From Clostridia bacterium (GTDB lineage: Bacteria > Bacillota > Clostridia > Christensenellales > Aristaeellaceae): a stretch of 64,000 nt of DNA. Position numbers and translations under genes: made by a program. Shown one piece after another: positions 27,801-36,260 of the stretch. Position 1 is the stretch's first letter. The number at the start of each line of letters is the position of its first letter. The stretch spans positions 3,114 through 67,113 of the forward strand of contig JAFRBK010000031.1 of the NCBI GenBank assembly GCA_017404985.1. The letters are read 5' to 3'. The notes under the pieces were generated by a model. It saw only the letters and a list, made by a program, of their open reading frames with translations. It did not search any database and was not told the DNA's origin.

Positions 27801-28928
27801 ATGCAAAGAGGGTTTCAGAAGCTTCATTCAGTTATTCTGGCATTGATGATGATGCTCGTCCTGGTGGCTTGCCCTTCCGCCTCTCCTGCGGAGGATTCGC
27901 GTGAGGCTTCGCCTCCGGCCGGTTCAACGGATCCGGCTGAGCTTCCTTCCGGGGAAGGCACATCCAAAGAAGCGGCGCCTGTCAACAGCGCGGTGAATTT
28001 TAACCATGAGCTGGATTCGTATGTCCCGCAGAAGGACCATTATAATTTCTATTTTACATACAAAACAGTGCATCCGTGGTGGGATTCCGTCGCGCTGGGA
28101 ATGGAAGAAGCCCAGAGGCAGTACCTGGAAAAAGGGATTGTTGTTACTTACGAGTATATGGCGCCGGAAGGAGCCTCCGCCGAGGACCAGACAAAACGGC
28201 TTATGCTGGCAGAACACCGGCACTATGATGTGATCGGCGTTGATGTCGCAGACGAGTCGGTAATCTCTCCCGTCATTGACAGGATGGTGGACGCAGGAAT
28301 CAAAGTCATGACCTTTTCCAGTTCGGATGCCGCCGCAGGTTGCAAAAGGATCGCCTATGTCGGAAATACGCATAATTATGAGGACGGCGCGGACTTAACG
28401 GAAGCCCTTTGTGAAAAGCTGGCCTACAAGGGGAAGGTTGCGATTCTTGTCGGAAGCAAAGGCGCCCCCTGCCATGAAGACCGGGCCAGGGGCGCCCGGG
28501 ACACGATTGCAAAGTACAGCGGCATGGAGATCGCCGCCACGGAATACGATATGGACTCCGTCGACCTGGCCTATACGCTGACCATGCAAATCCTGAAAGA
28601 CCATCCGGACCTTGACGGGATTATCTGCTGTAATATGAGCAATCCTGTCGGGGCCGCCAGAGCCATCAAAGAGACAGGCAGCCATGCCATTATTGTGGGA
28701 ATGGACCATGACCAGGAAGCGCTGCGCTATCTGAATGAAGGCGTGATTTATTGCCTCGGGGTTCAGGATTGCTACTCCATCGGCTTTGATACGCTGCAGG
28801 TCGCAGTGAAAATTGCCGACGGAAATCAGCCGGGAGAATTGTTTCCGGAGAAAACCAATGAGATTACCACTGTAATTTATCAGAAGGACGCGGCAATCAT
28901 GCTTGAACTGCTGTACGGTGATATCTGA
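27801..28928 (+). CDS. RbsB/LacI-fold sugar substrate-binding protein
   Basis: Signal peptide, HPWWDSVALG, AGIKVMTF, IAYVGN, HEDRARG and IVGMD. Start moved to 27801. Confidence 0.85.
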   Translation: MQRGFQKLHSVILALMMMLVLVACPSASPAEDSREASPPAGSTDPAELPSGEGTSKEAAPVNSAVNFNHELDSYVPQKDHYNFYFTYKTVHPWWDSVALGMEEAQRQYLEKGIVVTYEYMAPEGASAEDQTKRLMLAEHRHYDVIGVDVADESVISPVIDRMVDAGIKVMTFSSSDAAAGCKRIAYVGNTHNYEDGADLTEALCEKLAYKGKVAILVGSKGAPCHEDRARGARDTIAKYSGMEIAATEYDMDSVDLAYTLTMQILKDHPDLDGIICCNMSNPVGAARAIKETGSHAIIVGMDHDQEALRYLNEGVIYCLGVQDCYSIGFDTLQVAVKIADGNQPGELFPEKTNEITTVIYQKDAAIMLELLYGDI

Positions 28929-30433
28929 TGAAAAGAAAGAAACGCATCACGAACAGGACTCTTTTGCTGACAGCCGTCATCGGCAGTTTCCTCATTATGG
29001 CCATGGTAACTGCCAATTCAATCTGGTCGTCCAACCAGACGCTTCTCGAAACGGAAGAAGCGGTTTCCGCGGTAAGCGTCTTTTATTTGGATACGATGGC
29101 CGACCGGCGTGCCCAGACCGTTTCCAACCAGATCAGCAACGAGTTCGATCAGATGGAGAAGGCGCTGGCCTTTATCCGGGACGAAAAAATCGAATCGCAG
29201 GAAGAACTGCGGGATACCCTTGGGAAAATCCGGTCTCTGCTGTCGCTCAACCGGTTTGCGCTCGTCGACCGGAATGATATTGTGTACACACAGTATACGA
29301 CCTATACCGGCAAAAGCAGGCACGAGTTCCTGTCCGCGAAAAAAATGGACGACAGAATCATCAGCACGGTCTCCCTGTACGGCTCTTCCAAACAGCTGTG
29401 CCTTGCCATCCCGACTCCGGACCTTACCATCATGGGCAAGTCCTTTAAAGCGTGCTTCGTTCAGATAGACATTCAGGATATCATTAACCTGCTCGCGGTG
29501 GATGACCAGGGAAGAACCTATTTTGCCCTGTACACAAAAAACGGAAGCAACCTGTCCGGAACGGAACTGGGGCCGGTCATCTCAAACCGGAACATCCTTG
29601 AAGCAACAAAGGGGCTTGTTTCTGAAGAGGTCTGGAAAGAGAATTGTGACCGTTTTGCTGAAGATGCAAGGGGAAGCATGACGTTTTCCTCCGGAGACGT
29701 CAAGGGAACCATGTGCTACGTTCCCATTCCGGATACGGGCTGGAAGCTTGCCGTTTTGATTCATGAGAGCGTTATTTCGGACCAGATCCGTGATATCAGC
29801 GAAAAAAACCTCTCTACCAGCCGGAATCAGATTGTGCTTTCCCTTCTGGCTGTGCTGAGCCTTTCCTCTGTTCTTTTTCTCGAGCTCATGGCCTTATCAA
29901 AAGACAAGCTTGATGCTGAGAAAAAAACCAGCAAGGCTTTTCAAACCATGGCCAACACAGATTCCCTGACAGGGGTCAGAAACAAGCATGCGTATTCCGA
30001 ATATGAAGATGCTGTCGATCAGAAAATACAGAATCATGAAATTCAGGCGTTGGCCATTGTGGTGTGCGACATTAACAGTCTGAAATATGTCAATGACACG
30101 CAGGGGCATGCAGCAGGCGACCAGCTGATCAAAGACGCCTGCGCCCTGATCTGTGAATCCTTCCCCCATGGCGCGGTATTCAGAGTCGGCGGCGATGAGT
30201 TTGTGGTCATTCTTCAGGAAAAGGGCTACGAGACAATGGATGAGGCGCTTGGCCAACTGAATAAAAAGGTGGAGGAGAATATCAACGAAGACGGTGTCGT
30301 TGTTGCAGCTGGTTCTTCCGTATTACAGCCGGATGACAGGCAGCTGTGTGACGTGTTCACGAGAGCAGACCATCTGATGTACGAGCGGAAGAGCAAGTTG
30401 AAAGCTTTGGGCGCAAAAACAAGGGAAACGTGA
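28928..30433 (+). CDS. Membrane diguanylate cyclase with an extracellular Cache-like sensor
   Basis: Two TM helices flank the sensor region. TDSLTGVRNK, DINSLKYVNDTQGHAAGD and FRVGGDEF. TGATG overlap with the upstream gene. Confidence 0.92.
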   Translation: MKRKKRITNRTLLLTAVIGSFLIMAMVTANSIWSSNQTLLETEEAVSAVSVFYLDTMADRRAQTVSNQISNEFDQMEKALAFIRDEKIESQEELRDTLGKIRSLLSLNRFALVDRNDIVYTQYTTYTGKSRHEFLSAKKMDDRIISTVSLYGSSKQLCLAIPTPDLTIMGKSFKACFVQIDIQDIINLLAVDDQGRTYFALYTKNGSNLSGTELGPVISNRNILEATKGLVSEEVWKENCDRFAEDARGSMTFSSGDVKGTMCYVPIPDTGWKLAVLIHESVISDQIRDISEKNLSTSRNQIVLSLLAVLSLSSVLFLELMALSKDKLDAEKKTSKAFQTMANTDSLTGVRNKHAYSEYEDAVDQKIQNHEIQALAIVVCDINSLKYVNDTQGHAAGDQLIKDACALICESFPHGAVFRVGGDEFVVILQEKGYETMDEALGQLNKKVEENINEDGVVVAAGSSVLQPDDRQLCDVFTRADHLMYERKSKLKALGAKTRET

Positions 30434-30516
30434 CTGAATAACAGCTGGCTGAATGTGATGGCTGAGCGGTCCCGCATGGGCTGCGGCGGAAAAAGAAAGG
30501 GGTCGGAGTACACAAA

Positions 30517-32256
30517 ATGAATGATGTTTCTACGCACAATGACGATGGGATGAAAAACGACAGAAAGATTCACTCCCTTTCCGCCAAGGTCTTCCGTATG
30601 ATCCTGACGGGCACCATCGTGCTGGGCCTGATCCTGCTGTTTTTTGTCCTCGCGCTCTATTCGCTTGCTGTTGCAAACCAGTATATCGCGACATCGTACA
30701 ACCTTTCCAGCAGCGCTTTCCGGGTGCTGCAGTCCCAGGGAAGCGTGGAGCCGCTCTGCAATGAGATCATGGGGCGCTACCGGGCGATGACGGAGGAGGA
30801 ACGGGCCGAAGTCGATTCGGAAGCATACGAGGCACGTTTCGCCGATATCACAGAGCGGGAAGATTATAAGAGCATCCGGACCACGCTGGGATATTTCCTG
30901 GAATCCAGCGATGTTTACGATATCTACCTTGCGATGTACGACAGGGATACCAGCGCGCTGGTCTATTTTGCGGATCCGTCGGAGGAGGACGTTGCCCTGC
31001 CGGGATACTGGGAGAAAATCGGCACCGGCGAAATAAACAAATTCCTGGACTGGAACGGGGAAGGAATGCTGTACGACATCAGCAAAATGGAGAAGTACGG
31101 GTGGATCTGCTCATCGGGCGTGCCGCTGAAAAACGAGGCAGGCGAGACGATCGGGTTCGTCCTTTCGGATATCACCCTCAGCGGCCTGCTTCCCAAGCTT
31201 TCCACCTTCTGCCTGCAGTATTTCATCGCCATGGTCGTCCTGGTCCTCCTGTTTGGATGGATCATGGTGCGGAAGACGCGGAAAATGATGGTGGAGCCGA
31301 TCAACGCCATCGCCGACGCCGCTCAGAACTATGTGCAGGACAAGTATAACGGCGTCCAGACCGAGGGACGGTTCGCCGGCCTGAACATCGCCACCGGGGA
31401 TGAGATTGAGAACCTGGCACACTCCATGACGGAAATGGAGAAGGACATTGCCGCGTATGAGGATAACCTGACCAAGGTGACCGCCGAAAAGCAGCGCATC
31501 GGCACAGAGCTGGCGCTGGCCACCCGGATCCAGGCGGATATGCTGCCCAACATCTTCCCGGCTTTCCCGGAACGCAGCGACTTCAGTATCTATGCCAGCA
31601 TGAACCCCGCCAAGGAAGTGGGCGGCGACTTCTACGACTTCTTCTTCGTGGATCGCGACTGCCTGGCCATGGTCATCGCAGACGTGTCAGGCAAGGGCAT
31701 CCCGGCTGCCATGTTTATGATGATGGCCAAGAGCATGATCCAGACGCAGGCCGCCTCGGGACGGTCTCCCGGCGAAGTGCTGGAGAACGTGAACCGGCTG
31801 ATCTGCGAAAACAACCGTGAAGAAATGTTCGTCACGGTCTGGTTCGCCACGCTGGACCTGAACACCGGCCTGCTGACCGCTGCCAACGCGGGCCATGAAT
31901 ATCCGGTGCTGAAACAGCCGGACGGCGCCTTTGAACTCTTCAAGGATAAGCACGGGCTGGCCATCGGCGCGATGAACGGCATGAAGTACAGGGAATACCA
32001 AATTCAGATGAATCCCGGCGCGAAGCTGTTTGTCTACACGGACGGCGTCGCGGAAGCCACCAATGCCCGGAAGGAACTGTTCGGCATGGAACGCACGGTG
32101 GACGCGCTGAACCAGGCCGCAGACAAGGCGCCGGAGGAGATCCTTCAGGCGGTCAACGGCGCTGTGGAAAGCTTTGTGGGCGACGCGGAGCAGTTCGACG
32201 ACCTGACGATGATGTGTATCGAATTCAAAGGAAAAGACGGGGATCATCCAGTCTGA
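30517..32256 (+). CDS. Membrane PP2C (SpoIIE/RsbU-type) Ser/Thr phosphatase with HAMP domain
   Basis: Two TMs, HAMP 'TGDEIENLA', VGGDFYD, IADVSGKG, NAGH, YTDGV and DDLT. Confidence 0.93.
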   Translation: MNDVSTHNDDGMKNDRKIHSLSAKVFRMILTGTIVLGLILLFFVLALYSLAVANQYIATSYNLSSSAFRVLQSQGSVEPLCNEIMGRYRAMTEEERAEVDSEAYEARFADITEREDYKSIRTTLGYFLESSDVYDIYLAMYDRDTSALVYFADPSEEDVALPGYWEKIGTGEINKFLDWNGEGMLYDISKMEKYGWICSSGVPLKNEAGETIGFVLSDITLSGLLPKLSTFCLQYFIAMVVLVLLFGWIMVRKTRKMMVEPINAIADAAQNYVQDKYNGVQTEGRFAGLNIATGDEIENLAHSMTEMEKDIAAYEDNLTKVTAEKQRIGTELALATRIQADMLPNIFPAFPERSDFSIYASMNPAKEVGGDFYDFFFVDRDCLAMVIADVSGKGIPAAMFMMMAKSMIQTQAASGRSPGEVLENVNRLICENNREEMFVTVWFATLDLNTGLLTAANAGHEYPVLKQPDGAFELFKDKHGLAIGAMNGMKYREYQIQMNPGAKLFVYTDGVAEATNARKELFGMERTVDALNQAADKAPEEILQAVNGAVESFVGDAEQFDDLTMMCIEFKGKDGDHPV

Positions 32257-32416
32257 TGTCCCATGCTGTCAAAGCAGTGTGTGCCGGAATTTCCATGCGG
32301 CTGGCGCCGCAGGAACAGACGCAGCAGAATAACCGTTCCGCCGCTTCCAAACAGGCGGCGGAAAAAGACAGGAAGAACACCATGAAAGAAACGGATGGAA
32401 TGGAGGAAAACAAAAG

Positions 32417-33688
32417 ATGGATTTTTTTGACGGAACAGACATTGACCAGAACATCCTTGAACAAACCAATCCTGTTTTCAACACTGCAAAGATGACCCTT
32501 TTCCAGCTTGCTGATGCAGGAAACAAAAATGCTGCAGCGATCTCCGAAAAACTTGGATTGACAAGAGAAGGAACGCAAAACAGCAGGACGACCACGGCCT
32601 CCCCTGAGCAGATGGCCGCTGCGGCCCTGCTGATTGAAACACGGTATCGGACGATGGGCATCCTCGCCGAAAATTCCGGCTGTGATACTTATGTTGACCT
32701 TCCCTGCGGATATACCCCCAGGGCCATTGAATTTGCCGAAAAGAATATCCCGTTTATCGGCATGGATCTTCCCGCAGCGATCTCGGAAGCCGAGCCGGCC
32801 ATTCTCTCCCTTCTGGATGACGAAAAAAAGGCGCTGGTCAAATTCAGGGGAGTGGACGCGACGAATTATGCGTCCCTTACGGCGGCGCTTGAGGGCGTGG
32901 AAGGATCGGTCTGCATCACAACGGAAGGCCTGGTGATGTATTTTACTGAGTCGGAAGAAAAGGCGCTGTGCGCCAATATCCGCAGCATTCTTTCAAAACA
33001 CGGCGGATGCTGGATTCTTGCCGATCCCGAAAGCACCTTTGTTTATATTGCAGCGCTGAAAGCCGTCTGCGGTGACAGATTCATGGAAATCGTCACGAAG
33101 GCCAGGAGCCAGGTGACTGAAAAATCGGACGTAAAGATCGGAACCGGAAAGCTGTCGCTTCGGATAAAAACCGCGGAAGAGGATATGAAAACAGCCCTGC
33201 GGTTCCTTGCGGAACAGGGATTTAAAGTGGTACGAATAATCATTGCCGATGACATGCCCGATCTGGTGAGCTTATCAAAGCTGGATGCTGATAAAGCTGC
33301 CGCCTATTCAGCGGCAATGAAAAAGTGCGCTTTCTGGAAAATGACAGTATCGGAAAGTGGGAGCCGGATGGATACCTCCGATGTCTGGTCGAAGGACTTT
33401 GACGCCTCCGCCGAGCTCAGGGACGGAATCATGTACCTGGCCCTGAAAGGACGCCTGGACACAATGACGGCGCCCAATCTTCTGGCTTTTTATGAGAAAA
33501 ACAAAGAACAGATCCATGGCGTCCATGTGAACTGCCGTGATCTGGACTACATTTCATCTGCCGGGCTGCGCGTCCTGCTGATAATGCATAAAGGCTGTGA
33601 AAAAGGCGTGGCCATTGCGGAAATCAATGAAGTTGTCCGTGAGATTCTGGAACAGACGGGGTTTGATCAGGTTTTGGCCGTCGTGTAA
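32417..33688 (+). CDS. Class I SAM methyltransferase-like (LCM-type) domain fused to a C-terminal STAS anti-sigma antagonist domain
   Basis: VDLPCGYTPR, GMDLP, VDATN and TEGLVMYF, then GRLDTMTAP, LDYISSAGLRVL and EILEQTGF. Confidence 0.82.
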   Translation: MDFFDGTDIDQNILEQTNPVFNTAKMTLFQLADAGNKNAAAISEKLGLTREGTQNSRTTTASPEQMAAAALLIETRYRTMGILAENSGCDTYVDLPCGYTPRAIEFAEKNIPFIGMDLPAAISEAEPAILSLLDDEKKALVKFRGVDATNYASLTAALEGVEGSVCITTEGLVMYFTESEEKALCANIRSILSKHGGCWILADPESTFVYIAALKAVCGDRFMEIVTKARSQVTEKSDVKIGTGKLSLRIKTAEEDMKTALRFLAEQGFKVVRIIIADDMPDLVSLSKLDADKAAAYSAAMKKCAFWKMTVSESGSRMDTSDVWSKDFDASAELRDGIMYLALKGRLDTMTAPNLLAFYEKNKEQIHGVHVNCRDLDYISSAGLRVLLIMHKGCEKGVAIAEINEVVREILEQTGFDQVLAVV

Positions 33689-33708
33689 CAATATAACACA
33701 AAACCCAT

Positions 33709-34185
33709 TTACAGCACTTTCTCCATGCCTACCTTATATGGCACAAGCCCAAGCTTCTCATAAAACCTCATGGCGCCGGGGTTGCAGTTCCAGACATTTA
33801 ACGTAACGTTGTAGCAACCGCATTGCCGTGCATAGGTGAGGATGTGTTCGTAGATGGCAGCGCCAATATGATGTCCTCTTGCAGCCTCATCCACGCAGAT
33901 ATCGTCGATATACAGCGTTTGGATGTCCTTGAGCAGCCTCGTGTTTTCCGGACGCTGCAGGATGCAAAAACCGTGGCCCAATACATGCCCGTTTTCATCG
34001 GCGCAGACAAATACCGGGGTTTGGTCATTGGCCAAAAGAGCCCGCAGTTCATCTTCCGTATATTTTGTCGCCGGATGAAACAAATCCGGCCTTCCATCGT
34101 AGTGCACCCGGTTTACCTGCTTCAGCAGCTCCATGATAGCGGGAATATCGATTTCTTTTGCGCGGCGAACGGTGCAGGGCATCAT
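33709..34185 (-). CDS. GNAT family N-acetyltransferase
   Basis: LYIDDICVDEAARGHHIG and LNVWNCNPGAMRFYEKLG. Confidence 0.9.
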   Translation of the reverse strand: MMPCTVRRAKEIDIPAIMELLKQVNRVHYDGRPDLFHPATKYTEDELRALLANDQTPVFVCADENGHVLGHGFCILQRPENTRLLKDIQTLYIDDICVDEAARGHHIGAAIYEHILTYARQCGCYNVTLNVWNCNPGAMRFYEKLGLVPYKVGMEKVL

Positions 34186-34261
34186 ATTTCACTTCCTTCA
34201 ATACACAATAAGCGTATGGCATTCTGTTGCGCTTGCCGGCCAGTTATCCGGTTATTTACTC

Positions 34262-34378
34262 TTACAGGAAGAACTGGTCAAATCCTGTTGTCTCCAGAAT
34301 CTCCCGGACATCCTCACTGACGCCTGATGTCTCGATCAGGTAGTTGATGATTTGTTCGGCGCGGTCCATTTTTCTCAT
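34262..34378 (-). pseudogene. 38-aa chimeric remnant ending in a STAS-domain C-terminus
   Basis: Hand translation MRKMDRAEQIINYLIETSGVSEDVREILETTGFDQFFL*. The tail resembles INEVVREILEQTGFDQ at the end of the 32417 gene. Confidence 0.65.
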
Positions 34379-34392
34379 CTCCCGTTTCGGCT

Positions 34393-34881
34393 TTAAAGTT
34401 CTTTTGAGAGCAGCCACCAGGCTTCTTCCTCAAATTCGGGCTGATTGTTTTCGTCCATTCCGCAGGGATCATAATGGCAATCCTTGACTTTCGCTGTGAA
34501 TCCAAATCGGCGATACAGCTGAATATTCATGGGCTTATCGCTGCCAACGCCAATGGTTGCGGTTCGGAATCCTTTTTCTTTCAGGTCATCGAGCGCAGCA
34601 TGTAACAGACTGCTGCCAAGGCCCCGGCCGCGGTATTCCTGTTTCACCCGAAACGCACACAAATAGGCCGTGGTTTTTCCGTCGGCAAAATCCTTATCAT
34701 CCAGGTTCAGAAAAACATAAAGCTCTCCAATCAATTCCCCGCCGTTGTCCACAGTCCAGAAAACGGCGTTTCCTGAAATGATATGGCGGTAATAGAACCT
34801 GGCTGTGTGAGAGGCTGCAACAGTGTCTTTGAAACCCCACAGTTTCAGCATTTCTTCACCGGTTGCCTTCCGAATCAGCAT
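34393..34881 (-). CDS. GNAT family N-acetyltransferase
   Basis: AFRVKQEYRGRGLG and LYRRFGF. Start moved to 34881. Promoter TTGTCA-17-TAAAAT at 34943-34971. Confidence 0.88.
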   Translation of the reverse strand: MLIRKATGEEMLKLWGFKDTVAASHTARFYYRHIISGNAVFWTVDNGGELIGELYVFLNLDDKDFADGKTTAYLCAFRVKQEYRGRGLGSSLLHAALDDLKEKGFRTATIGVGSDKPMNIQLYRRFGFTAKVKDCHYDPCGMDENNQPEFEEEAWWLLSKEL

Positions 34882-35009
34882 TTTTTTCTTTCCTTTTCCT
34901 GTGCCCACAATCTGTGGGGATTTCGACAAACGGATTCGATTTATTTTACTTTGCTTCCGACAAGATGACAAGGAGAAAAACAGCGCATGATGAAATATGG
35001 CGATATTCG

Positions 35010-35038
35010 TTGACAAAATCGGCAATTGTCTTCATAAT
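35010..35038 (+). promoter_or_regulatory. SigA promoter divergent from the GNAT genes
   Basis: TTGACA, 17 nt, CATAAT. Confidence 0.65.
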
Positions 35039-35132
35039 GCGGAGTGATTGGTTTTATGGCTTATTTTCATGGCTTTCAGTGTATGATGGCCAGTCTTTGC
35101 AGCAGATTGCGGAAAGTGAAACGAACACCGAA

Positions 35133-35264
35133 ATGAGCGTATCAGATCTTTATAAAGAGCTTGGGACTCTGACAAAGGAAAAGGATCAATGGAAGGAGCG
35201 CATTCCATATGTTTCGTCTCTGCTGAACCATGAATCTGTAAAGATTCAGGCAAAAGCGCTTTGA
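35133..35264 (+). pseudogene. 5' remnant of a HEAT-repeat-like protein gene
   Basis: MSVSDLYKELGTLTKEKDQWKERIPYVSSLLNHESVKIQAKAL* stops mid-repeat, 27 nt before the next gene. Family recognised from memory only. Confidence 0.5.
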
Positions 35265-35291
35265 ATTTAATGAATCACCGAGGAGAAAGCC

Positions 35292-35951
35292 ATGGATCTG
35301 AGGAATGTTTATTTTGTGATTGGAACATCTTACGCAGGCAAGTCCACCATTGTAAAGAATCTGGCCAAAAAGCATCAGGGAATTGCGCTGGAAGAGAACT
35401 ATCATAATGCTAAACTGCCTGAGCTTGACAGCAAGGAGTTCCCGGGTCTGACTTATACCCGCGATCTTCAGGACTGGCATGATTTTATCAGGCGTACGCC
35501 GGACGAATATGTCGCATGGCTGGAAAGCACAAAAAAAGAATGTGAAATAGTCGAACTGCAGATGATCGAAGAACTTCTGGAAAAACCGGAAGTACAGGGA
35601 AAGAAAATCTTTGTGGATACCAATATCTGTATTGAAACGCTTCGCAGGATTTCAGATACGCAGCATGTTCTTGTCATGCTGGCCGATCCCGAAATCGGGA
35701 TACATCGTTTCTTTGATCGTCCTGACCCCGAAAAACAGTTTCTTTACCAGCTTATGCTGGAGGAACCGAATCCTCAGGCTGCACTGGACAATTACCGGGA
35801 AATTCTCAAACAAGTATGCTCAAAAGAAAGTTATGACGAACTCCTGCATTCCGGGTTTGAGGTTATTTTCAGAGATGAAAACCGGAGCCAGGAAGAAACA
35901 GTCTTGCTGGCTGAAAAAATCTTCGGTATTGTTTCCGAAAGTAACTCGTAA
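35292..35951 (+). CDS. P-loop NTPase / small-molecule kinase-like hypothetical protein
   Basis: N-terminal Walker A GTSYAGKST and a Walker-B-like IFVD. SD GAGGAG. Confidence 0.75.
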   Translation: MDLRNVYFVIGTSYAGKSTIVKNLAKKHQGIALEENYHNAKLPELDSKEFPGLTYTRDLQDWHDFIRRTPDEYVAWLESTKKECEIVELQMIEELLEKPEVQGKKIFVDTNICIETLRRISDTQHVLVMLADPEIGIHRFFDRPDPEKQFLYQLMLEEPNPQAALDNYREILKQVCSKESYDELLHSGFEVIFRDENRSQEETVLLAEKIFGIVSESNS

Positions 35952-36050
35952 ATACGACATACTTTCGAAAGGATAAAAACCATGATTGAGCAAATAATAT
36001 CTGGATGAATCGAGGAAAACCTCCTTTTTTCTTGAATTTTGCATGCAGCG

Positions 36051-36233
36051 GGATTACAATACTGCACGCGGATCGTGATCGCGCACAGGCTTTCGACGAT
36101 CAGGCACTGCGACAGGATCCTCGTTCTCGACGGCGGAAGCGTCATTGAGGCCGGAACGTATGACGAGCTGATCGACAGGGGTGGATTTTTTGCCGAACTC
36201 GTCGAACGGCAAAGGCTTGATACGGACCAATAG
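36051..36233 (+). pseudogene. 3' remnant of an ABC exporter ATPase domain
   Basis: [25 protein letters not shown]...GTYDELI...[11 protein letters not shown] gives the H-loop and tail only. Walker and signature motifs are missing. Confidence 0.8.
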
Positions 36234-36260
36234 ATCGAAATATGGGGAGGGAAAAACCAC

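Noticed and set aside
33700-36233. GNAT-rich run as an integron-like cassette array
   Set aside because: Mixed orientations, their own promoters, no repeated attC-like sites and no integrase in the window.
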